Assembly (NCBI RefSeq): GCF_000283555.1
Contig: NC_016012.1
Coordinates: 1,050,001-1,082,000, forward strand
Direction: 5' to 3'
DNA: 32,000 nt
Source of the DNA: Candidatus Arthromitus sp. SFB-rat-Yit
GTDB lineage: Bacteria > Bacillota > Clostridia > Clostridiales > Clostridiaceae
Part shown: positions 28,035-32,000 of the stretch, in pieces
Layout of the letters: every line of letters starts with the position of its first letter
Numbering within the stretch: the first letter of the stretch is position 1
Notes under the pieces: model-generated
What the model saw: the letters and a program-made list of their open reading frames with translations, nothing else
Databases searched by the model: none
Told to the model about the DNA's origin: nothing
Translations under genes and position numbers: made by a program

Positions 28035-30071
28035 CTATTTTGTTGTTTCGCTTACTATTCTGTAATACGAATTAGATGTAATTTTGTATATAATCATATA
28101 AAATATAGCAAATACAATAAAGCTACTTATTGTTGTTATAGCAAACAGTACCACATTATTAATACTAACTGTTAAAAGTAATCTACATATAATTGGAAAA
28201 GCAAATATCAAATGTATAAATGCTATAATCAGTGGCAAAAAAAATACAGTTAAAAGTTGTGAATTAATACTCTTTCTGATTTCTTTCTTGGTCATACCAA
28301 CTTTTTGCATAATTCCAAATCGTGATTGATCCTCATATCCTTCTGAAATTTGTTTATAATAAATAATTAGTACTGCTGCTGCGATAAATACAATGCTTAA
28401 AATAATCCCTATATAAAATAACGCTCCAAAAAGACTATTGAAATTTTCACGTTCAAATTCCTGACTTCTTAAATAAACACTTTTATATCCAAAATTTTCT
28501 TTGATTAATTCATTTGTGAAAATATCCAAGAAACTATTATAAAGTTCTATTTGTTTACTCGGTTCCATTCCAGTATCAAAGTTATAAATAAAACTTTTCC
28601 TAGCTAATTTTTCCCCATAGAAATCTGATAAATTATCAAAACTTCTGATAACACTTTCTATATCTGGCACAATTAATATTATATTGTATAACATATCAAT
28701 TGCACTGTCACCAATATTAACAAAATCATCAATCTTCTTTTTAATATTAAATATTTCCCCATTGCTAAAAGAAATCTTATCATCCTTATAACTATTTTTA
28801 TAAGAATATAATAACGCCTCTCCATCATTTAATGTTTCATTTGAATTCATAATTTCATTGTAATCATCAAGTGAAATAAAGTTTATTGAATATGCATTTG
28901 TTCCATTTGATGAATTATAATTTATTAAGGTTGTTTCAACATAACTACCATTAACTATTCCATAGATAGCAGCATTGCGATAAAAATATCTATTTTCTGG
29001 TACAACATTACGCTCTCTTAACTCATCTGATAATTTATCTTCTAATTTCTCAATATTTCTATTTAAAAAACTATCTAATTCATCAAACCTAAATTCTAAA
29101 TTAATATCACGTGGATATCTTGTATTTATTGCATCTTCTTTACCAAAATAAAGACAAGCTGTAGATGCCATCATAACCAAAACCATTGTAGCTAAAATAC
29201 AAATAGACGCAAGACCTGCTCCATTCCTTTTCATACGATAAATCATTGAAGAAACAGATACAAAATGATTTGTTTTATAATAGTACCTCTTTCTCTTTTT
29301 TAAAATACGTAAAAATAAAATAGAGCCTGAAATCATTGTAAAATATGTACCTATAATTACCATAATTACAGCGATGAAAAATGTAGGAAGTGCTTGAATA
29401 GGATCTTGAATTATAACTGAGATATAATAGGAAACTCCCAAAATCAAAATCCCCATAATCCCAATGAACCAATTACCTTTTGGAGGTTTTTCTCCAACAT
29501 TCTCACTTCGTATAAGATTAATTGCACTTGAAAATTGCACTTGACGGATTGAATTAATCAAAATCAAAATAAATATAATTCCAAAAACTTGAATAGTTCT
29601 TTCAATTGAAATCATCGAGATTGAAAAAGTATAATTTACAATACTACCCATAAGATTAACAAGTACAAGCTCAGCTAACTTCGAAAAAATAATTCCTGCC
29701 AACAGTCCAATACCAATTGATATAACTCCAATAATCAAAGTTTCCCAAAATAATATAATCCCTATATTTCTTTTCCCCATACCAAGGATATTATAAAGAC
29801 CAAATTCCTTTTTTCTACGTCGAGCTAAAAAAGAATTTGTGTAAAACAAAAAAATTCCAGAAAATACTGCAATAACCTGACTACCAAGATGAAGAACCGT
29901 CCTAATTGTTTCCCTACCTCTCAAATTATTTAATATATCGCTCACTCCTAAAAACATAACAATATAAAACATCATTATCATGCCAATACAAGTAAAAATA
30001 TATGGAACATACATCCTCTTATTTTTTCGAATACTACTCATAGCAAGTTTGAGATAAAAATTTATTTTCAT
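28035..30071 (-). CDS. BceB-like ABC transporter permease (antimicrobial peptide resistance/sensing), 678 aa
   Basis: About 10 TM with large extracellular domain; KLAMSSIRKNKRMYVPYIFTCIGMIMMFYIV, SFLARRRKKEFGLYNILGMGKRNI. Overlaps the ATPase gene by 4 nt. Confidence 0.9.
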   Translation of the reverse strand: MKINFYLKLAMSSIRKNKRMYVPYIFTCIGMIMMFYIVMFLGVSDILNNLRGRETIRTVLHLGSQVIAVFSGIFLFYTNSFLARRRKKEFGLYNILGMGKRNIGIILFWETLIIGVISIGIGLLAGIIFSKLAELVLVNLMGSIVNYTFSISMISIERTIQVFGIIFILILINSIRQVQFSSAINLIRSENVGEKPPKGNWFIGIMGILILGVSYYISVIIQDPIQALPTFFIAVIMVIIGTYFTMISGSILFLRILKKRKRYYYKTNHFVSVSSMIYRMKRNGAGLASICILATMVLVMMASTACLYFGKEDAINTRYPRDINLEFRFDELDSFLNRNIEKLEDKLSDELRERNVVPENRYFYRNAAIYGIVNGSYVETTLINYNSSNGTNAYSINFISLDDYNEIMNSNETLNDGEALLYSYKNSYKDDKISFSNGEIFNIKKKIDDFVNIGDSAIDMLYNIILIVPDIESVIRSFDNLSDFYGEKLARKSFIYNFDTGMEPSKQIELYNSFLDIFTNELIKENFGYKSVYLRSQEFERENFNSLFGALFYIGIILSIVFIAAAVLIIYYKQISEGYEDQSRFGIMQKVGMTKKEIRKSINSQLLTVFFLPLIIAFIHLIFAFPIICRLLLTVSINNVVLFAITTISSFIVFAIFYMIIYKITSNSYYRIVSETTK

Positions 30072-30853
30072 TTTCTTGCTCCTCCTGTTATGAGTAAAGT
30101 CAATGTATCTGAAATTTTTTGATAAAATTGATCATCTGTATCATCCCCACGATAAATTTGATGAAATACTTCTCCATCTTTAATAAATAAAACACGATTT
30201 GCTACACTTGCAGCTCTAACCGAATGCGTTACCATTAGAATTGTTTGACCTATATTGTTAACCTCTACAAAAAGGCGAAGCAACTCATCAGTAGCTCTAG
30301 AATCTAATGCACCCGTTGGTTCATCAGCAAGAATTATTTTAGGATTATTTATCATTGCCCGTGCAACAGCAGCTCTCTGCTTTTGACCTCCAGATACCTC
30401 ATATGGATACTTTTTAAGAAGCTTGTGAATACCAAGTCGTTCTGATATTGATACCAAACGATCATGCATTTCTGTGTAATGTTTCCCTGCAAGTACGAGA
30501 GGTAAATAAATATTATCCTCCAAAGTAAAAGTATCCAACAAATTAAAATCCTGAAATACAAATCCAAGATTATCTCTCCGAAAATTTGCAATAAATGATT
30601 CCCTAATTTTAGAAATATCATTGCCATCTAAAATAACACTTCCACTTGTTGGCTTATCAATTGCTGCCATAATATTCAAAAGAGTACTCTTACCTGATCC
30701 AGATTCGCCCATGATAGAAACAAACTCACCCTTCTCTACACTGAAATTTACATTTTTTAACACCTCAACTTTATTTCCCCCAAAACGAGTACTATAAACC
30801 TTTTTTAAACTATTTACTTCCAAAATACTCATAGATGTTGTTCCTCCACTCAA
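30068..30853 (-). CDS. BceA-like ABC transporter ATP-binding protein
   Basis: 261 aa; GESGSGKSTLLNIMAAIDKPTSG, YEVSGGQKQRAAVARAMINNPKIILADEPTGALDS. Confidence 0.95.
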   Translation of the reverse strand: MSGGTTSMSILEVNSLKKVYSTRFGGNKVEVLKNVNFSVEKGEFVSIMGESGSGKSTLLNIMAAIDKPTSGSVILDGNDISKIRESFIANFRRDNLGFVFQDFNLLDTFTLEDNIYLPLVLAGKHYTEMHDRLVSISERLGIHKLLKKYPYEVSGGQKQRAAVARAMINNPKIILADEPTGALDSRATDELLRLFVEVNNIGQTILMVTHSVRAASVANRVLFIKDGEVFHQIYRGDDTDDQFYQKISDTLTLLITGGARK

Positions 30854-30926
30854 TTTTATGATGTTATTTTAACAAAAAAGGGAAATGACCCACCATCGAT
30901 TTGGCTTACATTTCCCAAGCTAAACC

Positions 30927-30940
30927 TTACATTTTTGTAA
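30927..30940. promoter_or_regulatory. Candidate BceR-type operator upstream of the BceAB-like genes
   Basis: Perfect palindrome TTACA-TTTT-TGTAA, matching the published BceR-like consensus TnACA-N4-TGTAA. Confidence 0.65.
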
Positions 30941-30944
30941 GGTA

Positions 30945-31931
30945 CTAATCTCTTTTAAAATTATTTTGTTCTAAATTAATATGTACTATTGTTCCCTTAT
31001 AAAGTTCAGATGTAACATAAATATCAATCTCAAGATTATTACAAATTCGTTTACAAAGGTAAAGTCCAATTCCACTAGCCTTTTTATAAATCCTTCCGTT
31101 ATATCCCGTATATCCCTTCTCAAAAATACGAGATAAATCTTCTGGTGCTATACCAATTCCTGTATCCTCAATACAAAGTATTGCACCTTTAATATAAATT
31201 TTAATACTACCCTTACGAGTATACTTCAAAGCATTAGACAAAAGCTGATCGATTACAAAAGAAAACCATTTCTCATCTGTTACAATTATTCTTTCTATAG
31301 CGTCATATTCAATCCTAATCTTACGATCAATAAACTCAGAAGCAAATCTTGCAATTGAATGCTTTATAATATCCCCAACATTATGTTTCCTAAAAACATA
31401 ATCATTATAATCTGACTCAAGTTTCATAAATGCTAAAACCATTTCAACATACTGACTTATTTGTGATAAATCCGAAGATAATTTCCTAGAAATTAAAGTA
31501 TCTTCATTTTGTAAAGTAAGCTGCATTGAAGTAATAGGTATCTTGATTTGATGTACCCATAAAGTATAATATTCCATAAGATTTTTGTAACGTTCAGATG
31601 TAGATGCATTTAATTGTGAGACTTCACTCTTCAAGGATTCTATAACTTCTTGGTAATCACTATCTTCAATGCATTCAATAGATGGCATATAAGAGATCAT
31701 ATCAGCTGTTAATTTTTTCATTATTATAATCTGATTATGTTTACGCATTTTATTTAAAAATCCTATGCAAATAAATACGACACCAAAAATCAAACATATT
31801 AATGACGGATATATGACAGCTTTAAGTGGTAAACGATATAAAATAAAACTAACAATGAAAAATAAACAAAATAAGGTCCACACAAGAATTCCTTTTCTAT
31901 GTTGTTTTATATATAACAAAAATAATTTCAT
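30945..31931 (-). CDS. BceS-like (intramembrane-sensing) sensor histidine kinase
   Basis: Two N-terminal TM helices, short loop, H-box YTLWVHQIKIPITSMQL, N-box VIDQLLSNALKYT, EDTGIGI, GIGLYLCKRI. Start revised to the ATG at 31931 (AGAGAGG Shine-Dalgarno, 5-nt spacing); the track start is 31946. Confidence 0.92.
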   Translation of the reverse strand: MKLFLLYIKQHRKGILVWTLFCLFFIVSFILYRLPLKAVIYPSLICLIFGVVFICIGFLNKMRKHNQIIIMKKLTADMISYMPSIECIEDSDYQEVIESLKSEVSQLNASTSERYKNLMEYYTLWVHQIKIPITSMQLTLQNEDTLISRKLSSDLSQISQYVEMVLAFMKLESDYNDYVFRKHNVGDIIKHSIARFASEFIDRKIRIEYDAIERIIVTDEKWFSFVIDQLLSNALKYTRKGSIKIYIKGAILCIEDTGIGIAPEDLSRIFEKGYTGYNGRIYKKASGIGLYLCKRICNNLEIDIYVTSELYKGTIVHINLEQNNFKRD

Positions 31932-31965
31932 TGAAACCTCTCTCATTTTAGTAATTCTCTAAATT

Positions 31966-32000
31966 TCACTCAACAATATATCCAACACCAACCCTAGTGG
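31966..32000 (-). CDS. OmpR-family response regulator (BceR-like), last 10 codons only
   Basis: Minus-strand translation TRVGVGYIVE* resembles the conserved C-terminus of OmpR-type winged-helix regulators, directly upstream of the histidine kinase gene. Confidence 0.75.
   Translation of the reverse strand, partial: TRVGVGYIVE

Noticed and set aside
1-32000. CRISPR arrays, tRNA/rRNA genes, transposases, integrases, prophage genes
   Set aside because: Scanned for regularly spaced repeats, cloverleaf-type sequences and recognisable mobile-element proteins; none seen by eye. A tRNAscan/Infernal run would be the definitive check.

Overview
AT-rich, low-GC Firmicutes chromosome segment. Gene style and content resemble segmented filamentous bacteria (Candidatus Arthromitus/Savagella) or a close clostridial relative; this assignment is inference. 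Almost every gene is on the minus strand. Left to right: NAD-dependent DNA ligase (5' part, TTG start missed by the ORF track), pcrA/uvrD helicase, RsuA-type pseudouridine synthase, SLT lytic transglycosylase, a large protein with Y_Y_Y-like repeats, a two-gene BREX-type locus (pglX-like methyltransferase and brxC-like ATPase) with no pglZ/brxL/brxA/brxB in the window, pgi, an unlisted 58-aa membrane ORF, an ABC-2 transporter operon headed by two small look-alike exported or membrane proteins, a lone plus-strand hypothetical, a DJ-1/PfpI protein, dut, two unknown proteins (one a large secreted repeat protein), an amidase, a MATE transporter, and a Bce-type antimicrobial-peptide sensing/detoxification module truncated at its response regulator. 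Main leads: (1) the intact, translationally coupled brxC-pglX pair lacking the hallmark pglZ, (2) a perfect -10 hexamer inside the pgi terminator hairpin, which abuts the brxC Shine-Dalgarno sequence, (3) the operon of twin small exported proteins plus an ABC transporter, and (4) a perfect BceR-type operator upstream of the bceAB-like genes. No tRNA, rRNA, CRISPR array or mobile element was recognised.
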